64,000 nucleotides of DNA from contig CAVRGP010000002.1 of NCBI GenBank assembly GCA_963720755.1, positions 64,001-128,000 of the forward strand. The letters are read 5' to 3'. Every line of letters starts with the position of its first letter. Position 1 is the first letter of the stretch. The position numbers and the translations under genes are program-made. The DNA is from an uncultured Chloroflexia bacterium. Lineage in GTDB: Bacteria > Chloroflexota > Limnocylindria > Limnocylindrales > CSP1-4. Under the pieces are notes generated by a model. The model was not told the DNA's origin. It saw only the letters and a program-made list of their open reading frames with translations, and did no database searches. Of this stretch, positions 43,643-52,744 are shown piece after piece.

Positions 43643-44110
43643 ATGCGCGACGAACACACCGTCGCCCTCAACCGAAGAGCCCGCCACGACTTCACGATCG
43701 ATGAGACGTTCGAGGCCGGCCTCGTCCTGACCGGGACCGAGATCAAGTCGATCCGGGCCGGGAAGATCACCCTGTCGGACGCGTACGCGCGGGTCGAGCG
43801 AGGCGAGGCCTGGCTGATCGGTGCGCACATCGCGCCCTTCGAGGGCGGCAACCGCTACAACCATGAGCCCAAGCGGACGCGCAAGCTGCTCCTCCATCGC
43901 TCGGAGATCGACGAGCTGCTGGGTCGAGCCAAGGCCAAGGGCCAGACGATCGTGCCGCTCCGGCTGTACATCGACCCGAAGGGTCGAGCCAAGGTGGAAC
44001 TCGGGCTGGCGCGCGGCAAGCAGCTCCACGACCGGCGTCGCGACATCGCCGAACGCGACTCCCGGCGCGATGTCGCGCGCGAACTGGCCGACGCCCAACG
44101 CGGTCGCTGA
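43643..44110 (+). CDS. smpB: SsrA-binding protein
   Basis: NRRARHDF, EAGLVLTGTEIKSIR, RKLLLHR, GKQLHDRR; SD AAGGAG. Confidence 0.97.
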   Translation: MRDEHTVALNRRARHDFTIDETFEAGLVLTGTEIKSIRAGKITLSDAYARVERGEAWLIGAHIAPFEGGNRYNHEPKRTRKLLLHRSEIDELLGRAKAKGQTIVPLRLYIDPKGRAKVELGLARGKQLHDRRRDIAERDSRRDVARELADAQRGR

Positions 44111-44147
44111 CGCGCCACCCCCGAGCGAGAAGTCCTAGTATCGGGTC

Positions 44148-45221
44148 ATGCCCATCCCCGATCGTCTCCGCGTCGGACCCGTCATCGAGGCCGTCGATGC
44201 CCACGCTGCCGGTGAGCCGGGACGGGTGATCGTCGGCGGCGTGGAGGTCGCGCCGGGTTCGACGATGTTCGAGGCGATGACCTGGCTCCAGGCGAACCGG
44301 GACGACATTCGCCTCAGGATGTTGCGTGAGCCACGCGGATACCCCGCCGCGAACTGCAATCTCATCCTTCCCCCGGCCGACCCGACGGCGGACGCCGGCT
44401 ACGTGATCATGGAGCAGGTCGAGTACCCCGGGATGTCCGGCACGAACACGATGTGCGTGGTGACCGTGCTCCTCGAGACCGGGATGGTCCCGATGACGGA
44501 GCCGTTGACCGAGCTCACCCTCGAGGCTCCAGCCGGATTGATCCGCGTCCGGGCCGATTGCCGCGACGGCAAGGTCGAGTCGGTCACGTTCCGGAACGTG
44601 CCGGCCTTCGCGACGCACCTGGACCGCCCGATCGAGGTACCGCACCTCGGGACGGTGACGGTCGACGTGGCCTATGGAGGGATGTTCTACGTCATCGCCG
44701 ACGCCGAGCCGTTCGGCCTCCGGCTGACGCCGGACGAGGGCGCCGACATCGTGCGGATCACCGAGATGATCAAGGCCGCAGCCAGCGAGCAGCTCCCTGT
44801 CGTCCACCCGGACCAGCCTGGTTTCAGTGGCATCACCATCGGCCAGCTTTCCGGGCCTGCTCACGATCCGGCCAATAGCCGACGCAACGTGGTGACCGTC
44901 TCGACCGGGACGCTCGACTGGCAACGGCCGGCGACCTGGACGGGGGCGATCGACCGCTCGCCGTGCGGCACGGGGACGTCGGCCAGGATGGCTGTGCTCC
45001 ATGCGAAGGGCGAGCTGAAGGTCGGTGACACATTCCGCCACGAAGGCGTCCTCGGGACGGTCTTCACGGGTCGCGTCGAGTCGGAGACCACGGTCGGGCC
45101 GTACCGGGCGATCATCCCGAGCATCAGTGGGCAGGCCTGGATCACCGGCTTCGCGACATACGTCATCGACCCGACCGACCCGTTCCCGGAGGGCTACACG
45201 GTCGGCGACATCTGGGGCTAG
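44148..45221 (+). CDS. Proline racemase superfamily protein (Ser/Cys active-site pair)
   Basis: DAHAAGEPGR, EPRG, MSGTN, DVAYGG, DRSPCGTGTSA. Confidence 0.92.
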   Translation: MPIPDRLRVGPVIEAVDAHAAGEPGRVIVGGVEVAPGSTMFEAMTWLQANRDDIRLRMLREPRGYPAANCNLILPPADPTADAGYVIMEQVEYPGMSGTNTMCVVTVLLETGMVPMTEPLTELTLEAPAGLIRVRADCRDGKVESVTFRNVPAFATHLDRPIEVPHLGTVTVDVAYGGMFYVIADAEPFGLRLTPDEGADIVRITEMIKAAASEQLPVVHPDQPGFSGITIGQLSGPAHDPANSRRNVVTVSTGTLDWQRPATWTGAIDRSPCGTGTSARMAVLHAKGELKVGDTFRHEGVLGTVFTGRVESETTVGPYRAIIPSISGQAWITGFATYVIDPTDPFPEGYTVGDIWG

Positions 45222-45240
45222 GATCGAGCGGCGCGCGGTT

Positions 45241-46533
45241 TCAGCGGAGGGTGCCGACCGCCCGGACGCTTCGGAAGGCGCGACTCACGCGCGATGGTCG
45301 GACGCTCACGCCGGCGCTGCCGACCCCTTCGGCGGTCTCGGTCGCTTCGGCGGATCCGGCCACGCTGGCCTGTGCATACAGCACCACGCCGATCGCCGAG
45401 GTCGCCGCGCACAGGAGCAAGCCAGTCGTCACGTCGACGATCCCGAGTTGAAGCAACGCGCTCATGGCGAAGGCGGCGATGATCCCACGGGCACCGGTCA
45501 CGGCATTCCAGCCGGCCATCGCGGCCGCCCTCGAATCGATCGTCGTGTGGTCGCTGACCGCCGCGGCGATACCGACATCGATCGAGGCACTCCCGGCGCC
45601 GGCGCCGACGGCCGCGATCCACAGGACCCGGACATCGGGCGCCAGGGCGTAGGCGACGAGCGCGACCAGCCCGAGCATGCTCCCGTACCGCATCGCGACG
45701 AGCGGTCCATGGCGGTCCGCCACGGCACCCCACAGGAGGAAGAAGAGGGTGGTCGCGCCGGCCGTCATGATCCCGATGATCCCGACATCGGACAGCGACA
45801 GGTCGAGTCGATCCACGTTGACGATGGCGTAGAGCGGCACGGCCGCGATCAGGCCGCCACCGTAGAACCCCTGGGCCACCGCGATCCTGGCCAGGATCGG
45901 TCGCTCGCGAAGCTCCCGGACCGAATCGCGGGCGGAGAACGCCCTGGGGCGGGGCGCCGTCGGGGCCCGAAGACCGACATAGGCGGACGCACACACCAAT
46001 CCGAACAGGCCGGCCAGGGCCACCGCCGTCAGGCCGCCGAACTGGTCCGCGATCAGGCCGCCGAGCAACGCCGCGAGCGCCGCGGCAGCAGCCTTCGCCG
46101 AACCGGTCACCCCGACCAGTCGCCCCCGGATCCGGGCCGGGTACATCGACCCCCACAGGCCCAGGTAGAACGGGCTCGACAGCGACAGGCTGAGCCAGAA
46201 CACGACCGTGACCGCGATCAGGATGGGTGCGGCCGCCGACATGACCAGGAGCAGAAGCGACGCGGCTCCGACGCCGCGGATGAGACTCAGTTGACCCGGC
46301 GAACGGGGGCCGACCCGACCCGCGAACGCGCCGAGCAGGTTGGCCACGAACGGCGCGGCCGCGAGCGCGGCGAGGCCGATCGGTTCGAGACCCGCTCGCC
46401 GGGCGATCGTCGGCAGGAGCGTGGTGATCAGCGCGACCGTCACGCCGACGCCGACGGCGGCCACGAGGTCGAGGGCGAGGTTGCGCCCGACCGAGCGCTG
46501 TTGCACGGACGGATGGAAATGCGGCCGGATCAC
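45241..46533 (-). CDS. MFS transporter
   Basis: ~12 TMs; YPARIRGR, GAVADRHG motifs; GTG with SD GAGGT. Confidence 0.88.
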   Translation of the reverse strand: MIRPHFHPSVQQRSVGRNLALDLVAAVGVGVTVALITTLLPTIARRAGLEPIGLAALAAAPFVANLLGAFAGRVGPRSPGQLSLIRGVGAASLLLLVMSAAAPILIAVTVVFWLSLSLSSPFYLGLWGSMYPARIRGRLVGVTGSAKAAAAALAALLGGLIADQFGGLTAVALAGLFGLVCASAYVGLRAPTAPRPRAFSARDSVRELRERPILARIAVAQGFYGGGLIAAVPLYAIVNVDRLDLSLSDVGIIGIMTAGATTLFFLLWGAVADRHGPLVAMRYGSMLGLVALVAYALAPDVRVLWIAAVGAGAGSASIDVGIAAAVSDHTTIDSRAAAMAGWNAVTGARGIIAAFAMSALLQLGIVDVTTGLLLCAATSAIGVVLYAQASVAGSAEATETAEGVGSAGVSVRPSRVSRAFRSVRAVGTLR

Positions 46534-46556
46534 GACGTACCTCGAAGCAGCCCGTC

Positions 46557-46665
46557 CGGCCTGCGAGGTGAGCTGTCGGGCTCGGCGATGGGTCCGCCGT
46601 CGCGTCTGTCGCGATTTGCCCCGAGGATCTGGGTCCCCCGTCCTCCACGAGGAGGTTCGGCCATC
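46557..46665 (-). ncRNA. c-di-AMP (ydaO/yuaA) riboswitch
   Basis: Minus strand GCCGAACC-hairpin-CGGGGGACCCA...GGGGCAAATC...CCGAGCCCGACAGCTCACCTCGCAGGC matches ydaO consensus blocks; extended -10 TGnTACTGT at 46670-46678. Confidence 0.85.
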
Positions 46666-46725
46666 GCAAACAGTAGCAGCATGCTGCCAGGTCGTCGCGC
46701 CATCCATTGGTCAGGGGCGCGACTC

Positions 46726-46819
46726 CCGGTCGTCCGGTCGTCCGGTCGCCGGTCGCCGGCGGTCGTCGGCGGTCGTCGGCGGTCGGTCGCCGGCGGTCGT
46801 CGGCGGTCGGCGGCGGTCC
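46726..46819. repeat. Low-complexity GGTCG/GGCGGTCGTC microsatellite-like tract
   Basis: ~95 nt with no A, built from repeated GGTCG units. Confidence 0.8.
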
Positions 46820-46970
46820 TTGCCGGACACGACCGTGGTTCGTGCAATGCGACACCGACGCCGGCCGCAACGGGTTCGGGACCACATTCCGTGCACGAAG
46901 GCTCAGCTTCCCCGCGCCCCGCTTGCCCAAATCCCGCACAAGACGATCCTGGTTCGTATCTGGCATAGAC

Positions 46971-47167
46971 GCGTCGGGCAGGCCGCGGATCGGGCGTCGG
47001 GCAGGGCCGCGGATCGGTCGCCGGTCGCGGCCGCGGATCGGGCGTCGGCAGGCCGCGGATCGGGCCTCGGCCGGCCGCGGATCGGGCGTCGGGCAGGCCG
47101 CGGATCGGGCGTCGGCCGCAGAACGCGTCGGCCGCGGCCGGCCGCGGAACGCGTCGGTCGCGAACGC
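46971..47167. repeat. Tandem 22-24 nt repeat array (core GGCCGCGGATCGG x6) plus degenerate GAACGC units
   Basis: Core copies start at 46981, 47005, 47029, 47051, 47073, 47096. Confidence 0.88.
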
Positions 47168-47251
47168 TTGGGCCCCCAAGCCCGACATCCTCCTGTTCGG
47201 TCGCGACCATCGGTGGTAGCATCCCGGGTCCGAGCCGGTTCTCGGACCTGT

Positions 47252-47626
47252 GGGGATGTGTGGTTTCGACAGGGCCTGGCTACCGGAGAACGCGAGCCGA
47301 GGACGCCACTGGGCCTCGTAAATCACGTGGCAAAAAGAAGTACCTGGCAACCGCCAGTCGACTCTCGCCCTCGCTGCTTAGGCAGTAAGGTGAGCGTGGA
47401 AGCTGCCTCCGCCTCGCGGGTAGTGGAAGCGTCATGCAGCGAGGCTGCGATCCGGACAAGCGTCACGTAGTCCGGAGTCAAGCCCGATCTAGGGGCACGT
47501 GACTGGACCGCCCGGCAGGGTGCCGATGCTCGTTCGGGCGGTCGACGACAAACCATCGGACACGCTCGTAGTGGTTTCCGGCGAAGGGTTCTGGACGGGG
47601 AGTTCGACTCTCCCCCATCTCCACCA
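47252..47626 (+). ncRNA. ssrA: tmRNA (one-piece), tag (A)GNRQSTLALAA
   Basis: GGGGATG/CATCTCC-ACCA acceptor with G3.U; T-arm GGGAG-TTCGACT-CTCCC; tag ORF 47346-47381; -10 TAGCAT 47217-47222. Confidence 0.96.
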
Positions 47627-47709
47627 ATCGCCTCGGTGGCCTCCCAGGGGTCCTGATAATGGGTCATCTGGCCCTGTCCGGGCTGGGACGAGCCGTCCAT
47701 GATCGGCCC

Positions 47710-50082
47710 ATGCCCACGACGACTTGGCGCGCCCGCCTCACCGATGGGGCCGGGTCAGCGCTGCTCCCGTTCACGCTGCTCTGTCTGACGCTGGGGATCG
47801 TCGCCGAGCTCAGTGGCAACTCCACCGCCGCCTCGTGGTCGTGGATCCTCGCCGCTGCGGTCTCGTCGATCCGCCTGGCCGTCGGGATCGTGAACTCGCT
47901 GCGGGCCGGTGCGACCGGTGTCGACATCATCGCGTTGCTGGCGATGGGCGGGTCGATCGCGCTGGGCGAGTACTTCACCGGTGCTGTGATCGCGGTGATG
48001 TATGCCACCGGCCAGGCGCTGGAGCGGTACGCGCAGGGTCGCGCCGAGCGCGATCTGCATGCCCTGCTGGAGCGAGCCCCGAGCATCGCCCACCGCTACG
48101 AGGATGGCGACCTCGTGGATCGTGCCGCCGAAACGATCGTTGCGGGCGACCGCCTCTTGATCAAGCCGGGCGAACTCGTGCCGGTGGACGGGATCGTCGT
48201 CGCCGGTCCGGCCGCGCTGGACGAATCCGCCCTCACCGGCGAATCCCGCGTCGTCATCCGCGACCTCGACGAACCCGTGGCGAGCGGCGTCGTCAACGCC
48301 GGTTCGACCTTCGACCTGCGTGCCTCGGCGACCGCCGAGGCGAGCACCTATGCCGGCATCGTCCGTCTCGTCCGGTACGCCCAGACCCAGAAGTCCCCGT
48401 TCGTTCGGGTCGCGGACCGCTACGCCGGGATCTTCGTCGTGGTGAGTCTTGGCCTGGCCGGCGTCGCCTGGCTGGTCTCCGGGGATCCGGTCCGGGCGCT
48501 GGCGGTCCTCGTCGTGGCGACCCCGTGTCCGATGTTGCTGGCCGCGCCGATCGCGATCGTGGCCGGTGTCTCGAGGGCAGCCCGCCGGGGCGTCATCGTC
48601 AAAGGAGGCGGCGCCCTCGAGGCACTCGGTCAGGCCAGGGTCCTGCTGATGGACAAGACCGGCACGCTCACGACCGGCCGCCCACGCCTCGAACGCGTCT
48701 CGGTCGGTCCGGACGGCGACCCGGATGTCGTCCTTGGCCTGGCTGCATCGCTCGATCGCTCGTCAGCGCACGTCCTCGCCACGGCCATCGTCCATGCCGC
48801 TCGCGAGCGCTCGATCGAGCTATCGCTCGCAAGCGACGTCGTCGAGGAAGCCGGGCTCGGCGTCAGCGGGAAGGTCGGGGAGGCGACCGTGTCGATCGGC
48901 AGCCGCGACTGGATCGGGCGCATGGATGCCCTGCCGGCCTGGGCACAGACGACGATCGACGGCGTCGAGATCGACGGGTCGATGGCGATCCTCGTGGCGG
49001 TGGACGGGCGGCTCGTCGGGGTCCTGGTCATGACCGATCCCATCCGGCCCGAGACACCGCGGGCCCTGCGACTCCTCCGGCAGGCGGGGATCGCACGGAT
49101 CGTCATGGTGACCGGCGACCACCCATCCGTCGCCGAGTCGATCGGAGCGGCCATCGGCGTCGACAGTGTGCTTGCCGAGCGAACCCCGACCGAGAAGGTC
49201 GAGGCCGTGAAAGCCGAGCGGATCGACACGCCCGGCGGCACGGTGATGGTCGGCGACGGGATCAACGACGCTCCAGCCCTCGCTGCGGCCGACGTCGGTG
49301 TCGCGATGGGTGCCCGCGGGGCGACGGCGTCGTCCGAGGCCGCCGACGTCGTGATCACCGTCGACCGGCTCGACCGGCTCGCCGAGGCCATCTCGATCGC
49401 ACGACGGTCGCGCCGCATCGCGGTCATGAGCGTTCTCGTCGGCATCGCCCTGTCAAGCATCGCGATGGTCGTCGCCGCCTTCGGCTATCTCGCTCCAGTG
49501 CAGGGTGCGGTCCTCCAGGAAGGCATCGACGTGCTCGTCATCCTCATGGCCCTGACCGCACTGACCGGTGGTGGCCCACGAGTCGTCCGACTCGAAGGCT
49601 GGGACGAACTGCGAGCCGGCCTCGAGGAGGATCACCTGGCGCTCGCACCACTCATCGCCGACGTCGGCAGGATGGCCGACACGTGTGACGACCTTGCGCC
49701 GGCCGAGGCCACGGTGGCGCTCAGGTCGCTCGTCGACGACCTCGAAACACGGCTGCTGCGCCACGAGTGGCATGAGGAGTCGACGGTCTACCCGGCCCTG
49801 GCGGCCGCGATCGGCGGGCAGGATCCGCTCGCGGTCATGAGCAGCAGTCACCGCGAGATCTTCCACCTGATGCGACTCCTCCGGCGGAACGTCGACCGTC
49901 TCGAGACCCGCGTGGATGCGGCGGCACTTCTCGATATCCGCCGGAACCTCTATGGCCTGCACGCCATCCTCGGATTGCATTTTGCGCAGGAGGCCGAGTT
50001 GTACGAGGGGGTCGTGGACGCGCCCGCCAGAGGACGGTCCCGAGCGGCCCGGATCGCTCGGAGAGATCAGGGACAGGCCTGA
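47710..50082 (+). CDS. P1B-5-type heavy-metal P-type ATPase with C-terminal hemerythrin domain
   Basis: TGES, ATPCP, DKTGT, GDGINDAP, QEGID; C-terminal HEWHEE, H-REI, LHFAQE His/Glu motifs. Confidence 0.9.
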   Translation: MPTTTWRARLTDGAGSALLPFTLLCLTLGIVAELSGNSTAASWSWILAAAVSSIRLAVGIVNSLRAGATGVDIIALLAMGGSIALGEYFTGAVIAVMYATGQALERYAQGRAERDLHALLERAPSIAHRYEDGDLVDRAAETIVAGDRLLIKPGELVPVDGIVVAGPAALDESALTGESRVVIRDLDEPVASGVVNAGSTFDLRASATAEASTYAGIVRLVRYAQTQKSPFVRVADRYAGIFVVVSLGLAGVAWLVSGDPVRALAVLVVATPCPMLLAAPIAIVAGVSRAARRGVIVKGGGALEALGQARVLLMDKTGTLTTGRPRLERVSVGPDGDPDVVLGLAASLDRSSAHVLATAIVHAARERSIELSLASDVVEEAGLGVSGKVGEATVSIGSRDWIGRMDALPAWAQTTIDGVEIDGSMAILVAVDGRLVGVLVMTDPIRPETPRALRLLRQAGIARIVMVTGDHPSVAESIGAAIGVDSVLAERTPTEKVEAVKAERIDTPGGTVMVGDGINDAPALAAADVGVAMGARGATASSEAADVVITVDRLDRLAEAISIARRSRRIAVMSVLVGIALSSIAMVVAAFGYLAPVQGAVLQEGIDVLVILMALTALTGGGPRVVRLEGWDELRAGLEEDHLALAPLIADVGRMADTCDDLAPAEATVALRSLVDDLETRLLRHEWHEESTVYPALAAAIGGQDPLAVMSSSHREIFHLMRLLRRNVDRLETRVDAAALLDIRRNLYGLHAILGLHFAQEAELYEGVVDAPARGRSRAARIARRDQGQA

Positions 50083-50094
50083 GCCGATCCGCGT

Positions 50095-50556
50095 CTAGTC
50101 TTGCGCGGACTCGGACATCACGGCGAATCCGCCGGCGATCAAGAGCCCCTCGATCGTGAGGGTCGGGGCATCGGCGGCGATATCGATCCCATCGCGAACA
50201 TCCTGGATGCCACCCAGTCCGCGCGCGTCGACGACGACCCGCCAGCTGGACGGGACCAGGATCTGGCCGCCACCGAAGATGGCGCGCACGCTGAGAGTGG
50301 CACCGGCGGGATCGAGCGTCGCATCACGAAGGTCGAGCTCGCCGCCGCCGTACCAGCACTCCAGAGTCCCGATTCGGAGCTGCGCCGCCGTGCTGCGGTA
50401 GGCGAGCGGTCCGAAGATCGCGGTCGCGACGATCTCGTCGGCCGACTCGTCGGAGTCGCGCCCCGCACCCATCTTCACCCGCAGGGCGGCCACGGCACCG
50501 ACCACCACACCGACGATCCAGCCGACCACGATGAGCCGGATGATCCGCTTGATCAC
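50095..50556 (-). CDS. LiaF/DUF2154-like membrane-anchored protein
   Basis: N-terminal TM; GGGELDLRDA, AIFGGGQILVP motifs. Confidence 0.7.
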   Translation of the reverse strand: MIKRIIRLIVVGWIVGVVVGAVAALRVKMGAGRDSDESADEIVATAIFGPLAYRSTAAQLRIGTLECWYGGGELDLRDATLDPAGATLSVRAIFGGGQILVPSSWRVVVDARGLGGIQDVRDGIDIAADAPTLTIEGLLIAGGFAVMSESAQD

Positions 50557-50575
50557 TGACGTCCTCCTCTCGTAC

Positions 50576-51445
50576 CTACCCGGTCGCGTTGGCTGGATCG
50601 GGCAGGAGGTGCCTGGCGCCGAACCCTAGCAGGTCCCGCGAGCGGGTGAGGTCGAATGGGACCTCGCGGCCCCGGATCGGCCGGGTCAGGATCGTCGTCG
50701 GGTGGAACCGGCGCAGCAGGTCGGCGGTCGGCTCGGGGGAGAGCGTGTCCGGCGCCATGACGTTGATCACGTGACAGCCGGGCAGGTCGCGCTCGATCGC
50801 GAGTGCGAACGCCTCGGCACCGTCTCGGATGTCCAGGTATGCCCACAGCTCCTCGGCCAGGAATGACGGGTCGTCGCGAACCGCCTCGGCACGCTGGACC
50901 TGGGTCGCCATCGGTGACATGTTCGGGATCCGGAGGGCGACGACCTGATAGCCATGTCGCCGGTGCATCGTCGCTGCGGTGGCCTCATCGACCTGTTTGG
51001 AGAGGGCGTACGGATCCACCCCGATGAACGGATGCGCCTCGTCGATCGGCACGTACCGGGGCGAGATCGGGGTCGAGGCGAAGACGGTCCCGAGCGCAGA
51101 CGTGCTCGACGCGATGACCACTCGGCGGACGCTCCGGGCGCCCGCGGTCTCGAGGGCGACGAAGGTCGCACGGGTATTGGTGGCGAAGACCTCGAACGGT
51201 GTGCCCAGTGACGGACGCGGGATCGCGGCAAGGTGGACCACCGCCTCGGGTCGGGCGTCCCGTATGACCGACGCCATCACCACAGGATCGGTCACGTCAC
51301 CGATCGTCCATCCCACGGTCTCCAGTGTGGCGCCCCCGTCCGACTCGACTCGATCGACGGCGTGGACCAGGTGACCCCTGGCGACGAGCTCGGTGACGAC
51401 CTGCCGACCGACGTGTCCGCTGGCCCCTGTGACCACGACCCGCAT
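50576..51445 (-). CDS. NAD-dependent epimerase/dehydratase
   Basis: VTGASGHVG, VHLAA, ASS, YALSK. Confidence 0.9.
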   Translation of the reverse strand: MRVVVTGASGHVGRQVVTELVARGHLVHAVDRVESDGGATLETVGWTIGDVTDPVVMASVIRDARPEAVVHLAAIPRPSLGTPFEVFATNTRATFVALETAGARSVRRVVIASSTSALGTVFASTPISPRYVPIDEAHPFIGVDPYALSKQVDEATAATMHRRHGYQVVALRIPNMSPMATQVQRAEAVRDDPSFLAEELWAYLDIRDGAEAFALAIERDLPGCHVINVMAPDTLSPEPTADLLRRFHPTTILTRPIRGREVPFDLTRSRDLLGFGARHLLPDPANATG

Positions 51446-52626
51446 CAGGGTTCGACCGGATCGGCTCCGAGCCGAGCACCGTCGCGAAGTTGCCAGCCCG
51501 GCTCGAACAGTCGCAGGCGGGCGCCTGTCCGCGGGTGCCGAGCGCAGGCGTCGTGGTCGAGCCGCAGACCGAGTCCCGGCCGCTCCGGGACGGGGAAGCA
51601 GCCATCGACCGGATCGACCGTTGGGGCGAGGTCGACGAGCTCGTGGACCCATGGGTCGGCGAAGTCATTGAAATGCTCGACGATGTCGACATTGCGGGTG
51701 GCCACGGCGAGATGGATGTTGGCAGCCGTGGCGACCGGGCCTCCGACGTTGTGCGGCGCCAGCGTGAGGTAATGCGCCTCGGTCCAGCCGGCCAGCCGGC
51801 GCATCCCGGTGAACCCACCGAAGTGGGTCAGATCGGCCTGGATGATGTCGACATCGCCTCCCTCGATGAACCCGCTGGCATCCCAGATCGAATGGATGCG
51901 CTCACCGGTCGCGATGGACAGGTTGGTGGCCGCCCGAACGCGGCGCAGCGCCGCCGCATCCTCGGGCGGGACCGGTTCCTCGATCCATCGGGGTGCGGCC
52001 GGTCCGAGGATCTCGGCGACCTGGGCGGCCGTATCGGGCGAGAACCGTCCGTGCATCTCGATCATCAGGTCGATGTCGGGCCCGACGGCATCGCGGACCG
52101 CCATCACGAGCGCGATCGCCCGTCGCCGATCCGCCGCCGAGAGCCGGACGCTGGCCGCGCCGAACGGGTCGAGCTTCATCGCCCGGTACCCCCGAGCCAC
52201 GACGCCACGGGCCAGATCCGCGATCCGGCTCGGATCCAGCTCAGCCTGATACCAGCCGTTGGCATAAGCCGGGACCCGGTCCCGGAAGCGGCCGCCGAGC
52301 AGCTTCCAGACCGGCACACCCAGGGTCTGGCCGATGAGGTCCCAGGATGCGATGTCGAAGGCCGCCAGGGCTGATTGACTGTGCTCCCCGGGCCGGCCGT
52401 ACTCGAGCCGTTCGATCGACCATGCGAGCCGCTCGGTGTCGAACGGATCCGCCCCGACGACGTACCGCGAAGCCAGCTCGTCGACGACGGCGACGAACGA
52501 ATCGGTCTTGTTGACCGGCCTGACTTCGCCCACGCCCACCAGTCCGGTGTCCGTCGCAAGCTCGACGAAGACGAGATCGCGCCACGGCGTCCCCACGACG
52601 GTGGTGCGGACATCGGTGACCTGCAC
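51445..52626 (-). CDS. Mandelate racemase/enolase-superfamily enzyme (acid-sugar dehydratase-like)
   Basis: WDLIGQ, YANGW, KLDPFG, EMHGR, IEEP, TGER, APHN, PGLG. Confidence 0.9.
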   Translation of the reverse strand: MQVTDVRTTVVGTPWRDLVFVELATDTGLVGVGEVRPVNKTDSFVAVVDELASRYVVGADPFDTERLAWSIERLEYGRPGEHSQSALAAFDIASWDLIGQTLGVPVWKLLGGRFRDRVPAYANGWYQAELDPSRIADLARGVVARGYRAMKLDPFGAASVRLSAADRRRAIALVMAVRDAVGPDIDLMIEMHGRFSPDTAAQVAEILGPAAPRWIEEPVPPEDAAALRRVRAATNLSIATGERIHSIWDASGFIEGGDVDIIQADLTHFGGFTGMRRLAGWTEAHYLTLAPHNVGGPVATAANIHLAVATRNVDIVEHFNDFADPWVHELVDLAPTVDPVDGCFPVPERPGLGLRLDHDACARHPRTGARLRLFEPGWQLRDGARLGADPVEP

Positions 52627-52744
52627 GTCCCCTCCTGCCACGGGACCGGCCACCCGGAGTGGCCCGGCTCGGAGCCGTCAGGATAGCGAGTCCGCCACCT
52701 AGAATGGACCCGATGCTTCCACAGCGACCAGACAGGGCGGCCCG

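Noticed and set aside
46971-47167. CRISPR array interpretation of the GGCCGCGGATCGG repeats
   Set aside because: 13-nt repeats with 9-11 nt mutually similar linkers are too short, and no cas genes are in the window
45218-47350. Long ORFs (710, 647, 376, 230 aa) crossing the MFS/repeat region
   Set aside because: Arg/Pro-rich shadow frames from high GC and repeats; they overlap the MFS, riboswitch and tmRNA
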